The notes under the pieces are model-generated. The model did not search any database. It was not told the DNA's origin and saw only the letters and a program-made list of their open reading frames with translations. Positions 56,345-64,000 of a DNA stretch of 64,000 bases are shown in pieces (the first letter of the stretch is position 1; each line of letters starts with the position of its first letter). Source of the DNA: an uncultured Alphaproteobacteria bacterium (GTDB lineage: Bacteria; Pseudomonadota; Alphaproteobacteria; Sphingomonadales; Sphingomonadaceae); assembly GCA_963802055.1 (NCBI GenBank), contig CAWDHC010000005.1:859168-923167 (forward strand). The letters are read 5' to 3'. Both the position numbers and the translations under genes were made by a program.

Positions 56345-56792
56345 GAATTTGCTTTAGTTCATTCGCGATTTGAGCGATATCTCGGTTTAATGCTAACCAA
56401 TCATCCTCCGAAACGAGTCTGCGCATGGGAAGTCGATCATGGGCATGGTGGTTAGGGATGAATTGAGCGTGGCTAATTTCGTTTATTAAAACGATTTTCA
56501 TTTGAGCATGCACCAAATCGTTTCGAATATTCATTAGGCTCTCAACTCGGTCGAGCAATTCAGTCATTTTATCAATATGTTTTTGTGAGAAACTAGGCAT
56601 GGGCTTAGCCTTGCGTAGCTTCTCCATCTTGCAGCTTAGCATTTCGCGGCCAACCCCAAGTTTAAATATGAGGAGCAGGCCTGCGATGCTGGCCTCAATT
56701 TTTGCGAAATGGTCCAACGTCCGGCTGCGCTCTTTTTCAAACTTGCTGGCATCGTCGCGGCTGGCTAGCGAGATAGAGTTCTGCGTGTCCAT
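56289..56792 (-). CDS. Small helical hypothetical protein with HEPN-type R-x4-H motif
   Basis: FAKIEASI and IRNDLVHA; AT-rich coding region; 3' end overlaps grpE by 56 nt. Confidence 0.55.
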   Translation of the reverse strand: MDTQNSISLASRDDASKFEKERSRTLDHFAKIEASIAGLLLIFKLGVGREMLSCKMEKLRKAKPMPSFSQKHIDKMTELLDRVESLMNIRNDLVHAQMKIVLINEISHAQFIPNHHAHDRLPMRRLVSEDDWLALNRDIAQIANELKQILNQPSSKPQPSPAAKVGP

Positions 56793-56860
56793 GCTGTCCT
56801 CGTAGTGAAAAATGGCTAATAACTGATTACCGCTTGCCTCTGTATTAGTACATAAATTTT

Positions 56861-56935
56861 GTCATTGCGAGCGAAGCGCGGCAATCCAGAGCAGCGCTGA
56901 ACAACACTGGATTGCCGCGCTTCGCTCGCAATGAC
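56861..56935. repeat. REP-like palindromic element: perfect 29-bp inverted repeat with 17-nt loop
   Basis: gtcattgcgagcgaagcgcggcaatccag (56861-89) is the exact reverse complement of 56907-35. Resembles CGTC-tagged / RPE-like alphaproteobacterial repeats. Confidence 0.9.
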
Positions 56936-56959
56936 GATTTCGATAACTACAGCACGCAC

Positions 56960-57424
56960 CTAAAACGGCAACACCCCGTCATATTGCGACAGCGGCGGCG
57001 CACCGGCCACCTTCACCCCGGCGCGCAGCAGGAAGATATGGCGGATAATCTCCGCTTGTTGTTCCAGCCCATATTGCGTCAGCGTCCAGCCCGGTTTCAG
57101 GCTGTAATCATAGCGGCAAAATGGATGGCGGCGCAGCGGCAGGAATATGCCTGACTGATGTTGCCACACATGGGTCATCTCATGGATGAACAGGCCTTGC
57201 AGAGACATGTCCTGCGCACAAAAATCATCGCAAAATAAATCACTTTTTGGATGAAACCACAAATGTCCATCCGGCGCCATGGTGATCCGGCGCGGTTGAA
57301 ACCACCACCAGCGGCGGTTGTGAATGCGCACGCGGTCCAAATCGATTGCGTCATGGAAGATCGAGCGCACAAGCGCCTTTTCCCGCGTCGTTAGCGCTCG
57401 TCCAGATGCATGCGGCCCGAACAT
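56960..57424 (-). CDS. Small zinc metallopeptidase-like protein (HExxH)
   Basis: LFIHEMTHVWQHQ and downstream LEQQAE (possible third ligand). Confidence 0.7.
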   Translation of the reverse strand: MFGPHASGRALTTREKALVRSIFHDAIDLDRVRIHNRRWWWFQPRRITMAPDGHLWFHPKSDLFCDDFCAQDMSLQGLFIHEMTHVWQHQSGIFLPLRRHPFCRYDYSLKPGWTLTQYGLEQQAEIIRHIFLLRAGVKVAGAPPLSQYDGVLPF

Positions 57425-57427
57425 GCG

Positions 57428-57901
57428 TTAGGTAACGGCCTTGCGTTCATCAGGGATGGTGCCGTCCATTTCTTCGACCACGGCATCGACCAAGATGCGG
57501 TCCCCATTGGAAAATACAAATTCTAGCCCAATCTCGCCCAAACGGCGCGCTTTCAAATTCACGCCCCAGACCATGACATGCTTGCCGCCGGGTTTGAAAA
57601 CCACTTTGCCCTTCGCGGGTATCGTGACTTTTTTCAGCGGCGTCATAGACATCGCGCCCGTTTCTTTATCGACGCCGCTTTCATGCATTTCTGTGCGAAT
57701 GGCCGAATCCGTCACCACAAACATCAGATCAACATCCTCCTGATTGCCATGCACGGTAAAATAAAGGGCAGATGGGTTGCTATCCACCGGCGACAAAACC
57801 AGCTTGGCTTCGTCAACGCGCAATTTGTGGGGTGGCGCGCAGGAAGCTAGTGCCATGCAAGCGATTATTCCCACCAAAGTCCTTATCCCAGAGCGCATCA
57901 T
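57428..57901 (-). CDS. Copper chaperone PCu(A)C-family lipoprotein
   Basis: Lipobox LASC; EMHE...MSM...PGGKHVM copper motif. Confidence 0.88.
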   Translation of the reverse strand: MMRSGIRTLVGIIACMALASCAPPHKLRVDEAKLVLSPVDSNPSALYFTVHGNQEDVDLMFVVTDSAIRTEMHESGVDKETGAMSMTPLKKVTIPAKGKVVFKPGGKHVMVWGVNLKARRLGEIGLEFVFSNGDRILVDAVVEEMDGTIPDERKAVT

Positions 57902-57977
57902 TATTGCCTTTCCTTGCTTTTTTTGTCCAAAAATGAACCAAAGCAGCCATTTTTATGTAATCTACATCCCCCTAGCA

Positions 57978-58005
57978 CTTGTGCCAAGCAAAATGGCCCT
58001 TATAT
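57978..58005 (+). promoter_or_regulatory. RpoH (sigma32) promoter of dnaK-dnaJ
   Basis: CTTG (57978-81), 17 nt, CTTATAT (57999-58005): exact match to the consensus. Confidence 0.7.
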
Positions 58006-58096
58006 CGCCGGAGCAAATGCATCTTCTTTTGTGCTCGGTGCCTGATGGGCTGACGCAGAGAAACAGTTTATAGTTTAAAATTTGGGGTAAGACAAA

Positions 58097-60004
58097 ATGG
58101 CTAAAGTTATTGGCATTGATTTGGGTACAACCAACAGCTGCGTAGCAGTTATGGATGGCGGCAAGCCAAAGGTTATAGAAAATTCGGAAGGCGCGCGCAC
58201 GACGCCGTCTATCGTCGCCTTTACCAAGGATGGTGAGCGCCTGATCGGGCAGCCTGCCAAACGGCAAGCGGTGACCAATCCTGAAAGCACCGTCTATGCG
58301 GTAAAGCGCCTTATTGGCCGCCCATTTGATGATCCGATGACCAAGAAAGATATGGAATTGGTTCCCTATGCCATCGTCAAAGGCAAAAATGGCGACGCAT
58401 GGGTTGAAGCCGGCGGCGAAAAATATTCGCCATCGCAAATTTCCGCCTTCATCTTGCAAAAAATGAAAGAAACCGCAGAGGCTTATCTTGGCGAGAAGGT
58501 AACGCAGGCGGTCATCACTGTTCCAGCGTATTTCAACGATGCCCAGCGTCAGGCCACAAAAGATGCCGGCCAGATTGCGGGCCTTGAAGTGCTGCGTATT
58601 ATCAACGAGCCGACCGCTGCAGCGCTGGCTTATGGCATGGACAAGAATGAAAATAAAACCATCGCGGTTTATGACCTTGGCGGCGGTACATTCGATATCT
58701 CGATCCTTGAAGTTGGCGACGGTGTGTTTGAAGTTAAGTCCACAAACGGCGATACATTCCTTGGTGGCGAAGATTTTGATGCCAAGCTGGTCCAGTTTCT
58801 GGCGGAAGATTTCAAGAAAGCCGAGAGCATTGACCTGACCAAGGACAAATTGGCGCTACAGCGTTTGAAGGAAGCTGCGGAAAAGGCGAAGATTGAATTG
58901 TCTTCGGCGCAGTCAACCGAAATCAACCTGCCGTTCATTACTGCAGACCAAAATGGTCCTAAGCATCTGGTGAAAAACATCACCCGCGCAGATCTTGAAA
59001 AGCTGGTTGATGATTTGATCAAGCGCACGCTGGAACCTTGCAAAAAGGCGTTGGCAGATGCGGGCATGAAGTCCGGCGAAATTGATGAAGTTGTGATGGT
59101 TGGCGGCATGACCCGTATGCCAAAAGTCCGCGACGTTGTTAAAAACTTCTTTGGCAAAGAGCCGCATACCGGTGTGAACCCGGATGAAGTTGTTGCCATG
59201 GGCGCGGCCATTCAGGCGGGCGTATTGCAGGGCGACGTAAAGGACGTATTGCTGCTGGATGTCACTCCATTGTCGCTTGGTATCGAAACATTGGGCGGCG
59301 TATTTACCCGCATGATTGACCGCAACACCACGATCCCGACGAAAAAATCGCAGGTTTACTCAACGGCTGATGATAATCAGAACGCGGTGACCATTCGTGT
59401 GTTCCAGGGCGAGCGTGAAATGGCGGCAGATAACAAAATTCTTGGTAATTTTGATCTTGTCGGCATCCCGCCTGCACCGCGCGGCGTGCCGCAAATTGAG
59501 GTTACTTTTGACATTGACGCCAACGGCCTTGTCAGCGTGACCGCGAAAGACAAGGGCACTGGCAAAGAGCAGCAGATCAAAATTCAGGCATCAGGCGGCT
59601 TGTCCGATGCGGATATTGATCAGATGGTTCAGGATGCCGAGAAATTTGCCGAAGACGACAAGAAGCGCCGGGCAGAAGCCGAAGCAAAGAACAATGCCGA
59701 AAGCCTAGTCCACAGCACCGAAAAGCAGCTGGAAGAGCATGGTGACAAGATTGACGCCGCTCTGAAAGGCGAAATTGAGGCCGCAGTCGCGGAAACCAAA
59801 ACCGCAATTGAAAGCGGTAATCCTGATGCCATGACCGAAAAGTCAAATGCCTTGGCGCAAGTTGCGATGAAGCTTGGCGAAGCGATTTACAAGGAAGAGC
59901 AAGCCAAAGCTGCGCCGCAAGACGGCGGAGCGGAAAATGCCGCTGATGATAATGTCGTTGACGCCGAGTTTTCGGAAGTCGACGAAGAAGCAGACGCGAA
60001 GTAA
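58097..60004 (+). CDS. dnaK: Molecular chaperone DnaK
   Basis: [48 protein letters not shown]. Confidence 0.98.
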   Translation: MAKVIGIDLGTTNSCVAVMDGGKPKVIENSEGARTTPSIVAFTKDGERLIGQPAKRQAVTNPESTVYAVKRLIGRPFDDPMTKKDMELVPYAIVKGKNGDAWVEAGGEKYSPSQISAFILQKMKETAEAYLGEKVTQAVITVPAYFNDAQRQATKDAGQIAGLEVLRIINEPTAAALAYGMDKNENKTIAVYDLGGGTFDISILEVGDGVFEVKSTNGDTFLGGEDFDAKLVQFLAEDFKKAESIDLTKDKLALQRLKEAAEKAKIELSSAQSTEINLPFITADQNGPKHLVKNITRADLEKLVDDLIKRTLEPCKKALADAGMKSGEIDEVVMVGGMTRMPKVRDVVKNFFGKEPHTGVNPDEVVAMGAAIQAGVLQGDVKDVLLLDVTPLSLGIETLGGVFTRMIDRNTTIPTKKSQVYSTADDNQNAVTIRVFQGEREMAADNKILGNFDLVGIPPAPRGVPQIEVTFDIDANGLVSVTAKDKGTGKEQQIKIQASGGLSDADIDQMVQDAEKFAEDDKKRRAEAEAKNNAESLVHSTEKQLEEHGDKIDAALKGEIEAAVAETKTAIESGNPDAMTEKSNALAQVAMKLGEAIYKEEQAKAAPQDGGAENAADDNVVDAEFSEVDEEADAK

Positions 60005-60014
60005 TCAGGCTTCA

Positions 60015-60061
60015 CGCCGTTCGTCACCCCGGCCAAGGCTGGGGTGACGGCGGCGGCTTTT
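60015..60061 (+). terminator. GC-rich hairpin with short U-tract between dnaK and dnaJ (partial terminator or degenerate CGTC repeat)
   Basis: cgtcacccc/ggggtgacg stem followed by gctttt. Confidence 0.5.
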
Positions 60062-60074
60062 GGGGAAGAGCTTT

Positions 60075-61197
60075 ATGAGCTTAGATATTGATTATTACGA
60101 GCTGCTCGAAATAGAGCGCGCTGCGGATGATAAGACGATTAAATCGTCCTACCGCAAAATTGCGATGCAGTGCCATCCTGATCGCAACCCAGGCTGCGCC
60201 AGATTCCGAAGCAAAGTTCAAAGCCATCAGCGAAGCTTATGATGTCTTGAAAGACCCACAAAAGCGCGCCGCTTATGACCAATATGGCAAAGCGGCTTTT
60301 GAAAATGGCGGCTTTAGCAATGGCGGGGGCGGCGGCGGACACGGCTTTGGCGATTTCGCTGATATTTTCGAAAACTTTTTTGGCGGCGGTGGCCGTCAAC
60401 GTGGGCCAGCGCGCGGTGCGGATTTGCGCTATGATATGGAAATCTCGCTGGACGAGGCTTTTCACGGCAAATCTGCTGATGTGACCATTGATGTCGCGGA
60501 GATATGCGGCGAATGCACTGGCTCTGGTGCAGCTGCGGGTTCGGGGTCAAGCGGCTGCCACACCTGCAATGGCCATGGCAAGGTGCGGGCGCAGCAAGGC
60601 TTTTTTGTAGTTGAGCGCACATGTCCGACCTGCCAAGGGCGCGGCGAAGTTATCAAAGACCCATGCCGCAAATGCCGGGGCGAGGGGCGCGTCGATGAAC
60701 GCAAAACCATCACTATTGAAGTTCCGCCTGGTGTCGATGAAGGCACGCGCATTCGTGTTGCGGGCAAGGGGGAAGCGGGGCCGCGCGGCGCTGCTGCTGG
60801 TGATTTATATATTTTTATCCATTTGGCGCGCCATAAAATGTTTGACCGTGATGGCACGACCCTATTTTGCCGCGCCCCAATCAGCTTCACCAAAGCGGCG
60901 CTGGGCGGCGAGATTGATATTCCCGGCCTTGACGGCGAAAAACATGTGATCAACATTCCAGCAGGCATTCAATCCGGCAAACAAGTGCGCCAGCGCGGTG
61001 CGGGCATGCCTGTGCTGCAAGGGCGCGGTCATGGCGATATGGTCATTCAGATCGACGTGGAAACACCGACCAAATTGACCGCACGTCAAAAGGAAATTTT
61101 GCGCGAATTTTGCGAAACGGAAACCGGCGAGGAATGCCCTGCATCCACAGGTTTTTTTGATAAGGTCAAAAATATCTGGGATGATTTGACCGATTAG
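60075..61197 (+). CDS. dnaJ: Molecular chaperone DnaJ; apparent +1 frameshift at ~60199-60201
   Basis: [15 protein letters not shown] in frame 0; [21 protein letters not shown] region and four CxxCxGxG repeats in the +1 frame. Span is 374x3+1 nt. Confidence 0.93.
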
Positions 61198-61206
61198 AAG
61201 ACCGGT

Positions 61207-62013
61207 TTACCGCCCATCGGAAGACCAATGGGGCGGGTCGCTTGCCAATTTGATGACGCCGTAGCTTTTGCCAATTGCGTGCAACGCGGAATTTTGCTCA
61301 CCACCATATGGCGCGCCTAATGTGATGCGGTTGCCGCCCGCGTCTTTTACGGTAATGTTTCCGCTCCATTTAATCTGCATGTCTATGGCCTCGCCCTGAA
61401 TATGGCGCGATTCAAGCGACGCGATATGCTTCATGGCAAAAAGCGCCGCCATGTCTTTCGCCGCTTTTTTCGATGCAGACAGATCGCCATGGTCCCATCT
61501 AATCGGGCAGTCTGGCCTTATCGGGACAGCGGCCGGGTTCATGTCATTCTGGCTTATTTGCCAGCAATAATGCATCAGATGAGCACGGCTCGCATTGCGG
61601 CGAGTGGAACCGACGATGACGCTTGCCCCCGCTGCACGAAGGGCATTGATGAAGCGAGCGGTCCTATCCCTAAAGGCCGGGCTAAGGTCTGATACCAACA
61701 CGCTATTTGGGTAGCGGCCTTGATTGGCATGCCACCAGTCTGCGCCGCTGAGCTGGGCCGAAGGCAGCAAAGAATTGAGCGCGATGATCGTGCGTCCGCC
61801 GGGATCAACGCGGCCATTGGGGCTGTCTATGCCGAACATGACGGTCTGGAAAAGGCGGATTGCGCTGATGGTGCCTGGGCCGATTTGGCCGTCTTCGGTC
61901 AAGCGCTGAATTGAGAGCGACACGGCATATTGGTTGAGTAATTTTTGCACGATTTTAACGTCGGCATTCTGGTTCACGCCGCCATTGCCCACCGATTTTA
62001 CCAACGCTGGCAT
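61207..62013 (-). CDS. Peptidoglycan-binding domain + peptidase M15-like catalytic domain (endolysin-like)
   Basis: DVKIVQKLLN..DGQIGPGTISAIRLFQ (PG-binding); SRHIQGEAID and DPPHWS (Zn ligands); no signal peptide. Confidence 0.78.
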   Translation of the reverse strand: MPALVKSVGNGGVNQNADVKIVQKLLNQYAVSLSIQRLTEDGQIGPGTISAIRLFQTVMFGIDSPNGRVDPGGRTIIALNSLLPSAQLSGADWWHANQGRYPNSVLVSDLSPAFRDRTARFINALRAAGASVIVGSTRRNASRAHLMHYCWQISQNDMNPAAVPIRPDCPIRWDHGDLSASKKAAKDMAALFAMKHIASLESRHIQGEAIDMQIKWSGNITVKDAGGNRITLGAPYGGEQNSALHAIGKSYGVIKLASDPPHWSSDGR

Positions 62014-62056
62014 ATTTGTTCTTTCCACTTATTCGAATTGTGCTCCGCACGCGAGC

Positions 62057-64000
62057 CTATCCAAGTGCGGCTACTTCCTTGCGCAAATCCTGAATCAACG
62101 ATGTAATTCTGCGCAATCGGGGTTCTTCCCTGTCCAAAATGGATTGAAATGCGCGTTTTTTGAAGCTCAGGGCCATCTCGTCATCGATCGCCGCGCTGTC
62201 AGATGATGACGAAATAACGATGTCTATCAACCGTTCGGCGCCATGGAGCCGTCCCCAAAGATAGTCATTTTCGCGGTAGGAGCGGCTGAAAAAAGCGCCA
62301 AAATTGTTAAACTCAATCCCCTTTAATGTAGCCGCCGCTCCGCCTTTTCGGATGGTCAGCGCATCTTCAGGCGATATCCGGTCGACCTTCACCGGGTCAA
62401 ATTCATCGAGGCCTTCGCCTTGCAGCAGGGGCAGCGTGGCGATGTCGTAAAGGGGATAGCCCAAATAGCCGAGCAGCATGATTTTTTGCGGTTCATCGTT
62501 CAGTCCCAAAAACGCAGTCAGGAGCTTTTCATCCACCAACCGGTCGGTATCAATCAACTCCCGTTTTTGGGCCATCATGTCGATTAACCGGCCCGCATCT
62601 TCACAACCATTTTTTACCGCTTCCGCAAAGTCGCTCCCCATATAATCCGATGTTTCGCGGACCAGATAAAGCGACAAGCACTCATATATGGTATCTCGAA
62701 CTGCGCTGACACCGTCCACTGTATCGGCGGTGTCCAGCGCCCTGCTTTGCTCTACTTCGTCGGCGAGCCTGCGGGTTAAAAAGCGCAATCTGCGCACGCG
62801 GAAGCGCACATCATGGTCTCGGAAAAATTGAATGGATTGCGGTGTCGCGCCGATGCCTTTGTCGCCAGACATGGTTTCAAGGCCGCGGGCGCGTATCTCG
62901 GTCCACATCGATTTGCGCAGGCAGCGGAAATGATCCGCAGGCATGTCGGGTTGCCCGCGCTTTGCCAGTGCGATCATATCATCGACCACGCCAACGATTT
63001 TCAAATGGCCATAAGCCGGATAGCTATATCCCGCAGCATTCGCCGCCTTTCGGTTTGCGGTGGCACGCCATTTTTCCACCCGGGCGGTGGTCGGCTTCGA
63101 TAGAAACCAGGTTTTGCCCAGCATTTGCCGTATGCTGCGCTCAATTTCCACATGCAAGCCATCGGTAACAAGGCGCATGCGCTCGATCCGTTCGGTGCGG
63201 CCATCTATCTTATCTAGGCTATCGCGAATAGGCTGTTCGCGCGGTATGTTGGAAGATGCGCCCAATATTGTCGCGAACCATCCCGGTTGCTGGACACTGA
63301 TTGGTTCCCCCGGCTTGCGGTTGTAGCGAAAACTTGGCCGCCCAGGTTTGGGATCGATATAGACGATGCGCCGGTCAATCTCCCGGCGGGCGGGGCGATT
63401 GCGCAATGCACCAATCGCCTGATTAAAAGGGGCATTCGCCAGTACGGACCCATCGATGAGCATCGTGTCTGCTGCTGTGCCTGCCGCATATTGTTGCGGT
63501 AGTATGCGCTGTAAAAATTCGTCCCTGCCTTCCCACACGGTTTTTCGGGATTTGATAAGTCCGTCTAGCTCGCGTGCTGAAAATGCCGGAAATGCGCCGG
63601 GGAAGCTTGATGTCGCGCGGGCGGCGAATACCAGTTCCGGAATTTCTGCCAGCAAACCATCGGCCCGCCGCCGAGTAGAAAAGCTGATGGTAATGCGGTG
63701 CTCGGATTCGATGACCTGCTCCGGGCTGTTCAGCCGCAATATCTGGTCATGTCCCGCATAATCCGTCACGGTGACAAACAAATCAAGCGGCTGGTTATGG
63801 GGAATGAGCGGCATGCTTGCTTCGCTTTTATTCATGGCTTCAAACGCATCGAACAACAGCTTGGAGAGACCGCGCCCGCCAAATGGCGGCTTGAACCAAC
63901 GCGCCCGCACAAAACCAGATAGCTTTGCTGCAACTTCGTCCCGCGAATCCTTTGATACCGTCTGCGCGATCGCGCCGCCTCTGCGCCGCAAAAATAGCCA
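62057..64000 (-). CDS. Patatin-like phospholipase with DUF3376-type C-terminus (5'-truncated by window edge)
   Basis: ARATSSFPGAF, DGSVLANAP, FGAFFSRSYRENDYLWGRLHGAERL; frame is open to position 64000. Confidence 0.8.
   Translation of the reverse strand, partial: WLFLRRRGGAIAQTVSKDSRDEVAAKLSGFVRARWFKPPFGGRGLSKLLFDAFEAMNKSEASMPLIPHNQPLDLFVTVTDYAGHDQILRLNSPEQVIESEHRITISFSTRRRADGLLAEIPELVFAARATSSFPGAFPAFSARELDGLIKSRKTVWEGRDEFLQRILPQQYAAGTAADTMLIDGSVLANAPFNQAIGALRNRPARREIDRRIVYIDPKPGRPSFRYNRKPGEPISVQQPGWFATILGASSNIPREQPIRDSLDKIDGRTERIERMRLVTDGLHVEIERSIRQMLGKTWFLSKPTTARVEKWRATANRKAANAAGYSYPAYGHLKIVGVVDDMIALAKRGQPDMPADHFRCLRKSMWTEIRARGLETMSGDKGIGATPQSIQFFRDHDVRFRVRRLRFLTRRLADEVEQSRALDTADTVDGVSAVRDTIYECLSLYLVRETSDYMGSDFAEAVKNGCEDAGRLIDMMAQKRELIDTDRLVDEKLLTAFLGLNDEPQKIMLLGYLGYPLYDIATLPLLQGEGLDEFDPVKVDRISPEDALTIRKGGAAATLKGIEFNNFGAFFSRSYRENDYLWGRLHGAERLIDIVISSSSDSAAIDDEMALSFKKRAFQSILDREEPRLRRITSLIQDLRKEVAALG

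Noticed and set aside
56960-57424. Type VI secretion evidence from a 'vgr/Rhs-related' small protein
   Set aside because: Only an HExxH motif is present; no VgrG, PAAR, Hcp or Rhs core in the window.
57971-57998. CIRCE-like half site (CTAGCACTT) upstream of dnaK
   Set aside because: No GAGTGCTAA right arm 9 nt downstream; the bases are explained by the RpoH -35 box.
10851-60201. prfB-style programmed frameshift signal common to the five shifted genes
   Set aside because: No shared slippery sequence, no in-frame stop at the shift site (6-28 codons away) and no upstream internal SD.
1-64000. CRISPR array, rRNA, tRNA, transposase
   Set aside because: No repeat-spacer pattern, cloverleaf or transposase ORF seen; the intergenic gaps are short. 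A covariance search was not possible.

Overview
About 55% GC alphaproteobacterial chromosome segment, most likely Sphingomonadales (inferred from gene content and protein style; no database check). It has five blocks. (1) 1-12.3 kb: two convergent operons encoding an apparently uncharacterised multiheme system: a partial membrane protein with an H-x13-H helix, an FHA-TM-decaheme cytochrome, a CpdA-like phosphodiesterase, a decaheme + LVIVD-propeller protein, a probable outer-membrane beta-barrel, a tandem-GlcG heme-binding lipoprotein and a c554-like pentaheme cytochrome (25 heme-c motifs in total). (2) 12.5-17 kb: a ThDP enzyme, an ALDH21-like dehydrogenase and gdhA, possibly a 2-oxoglutarate decarboxylase/SSADH bypass. 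(3) 17-29.3 kb: an exported CHAT (caspase-like) protease, a CHASE2 adenylate cyclase, a small exported protein and a TpsB/TpsA pair, a candidate proteolysis-to-cAMP envelope signalling system. (4) 29.5-44.6 kb: ada, a CPBP protease and a canonical exosortase A (XrtA/PEP-CTERM) EPS locus. (5) 44.6-64 kb: housekeeping genes (truA, fmt, recR, def, rsmI, gshB, xerC, hemW, rdgB, rph, hrcA, grpE, dnaK, dnaJ) with small extras (HEPN-like gene, palindromic repeat, M15 endolysin-like gene, patatin). Five genes carry a single +1 base, all at codons 28-55; this is probably an artefact but is oddly clustered. I saw no rRNA, tRNA, CRISPR array, transposase or prophage.
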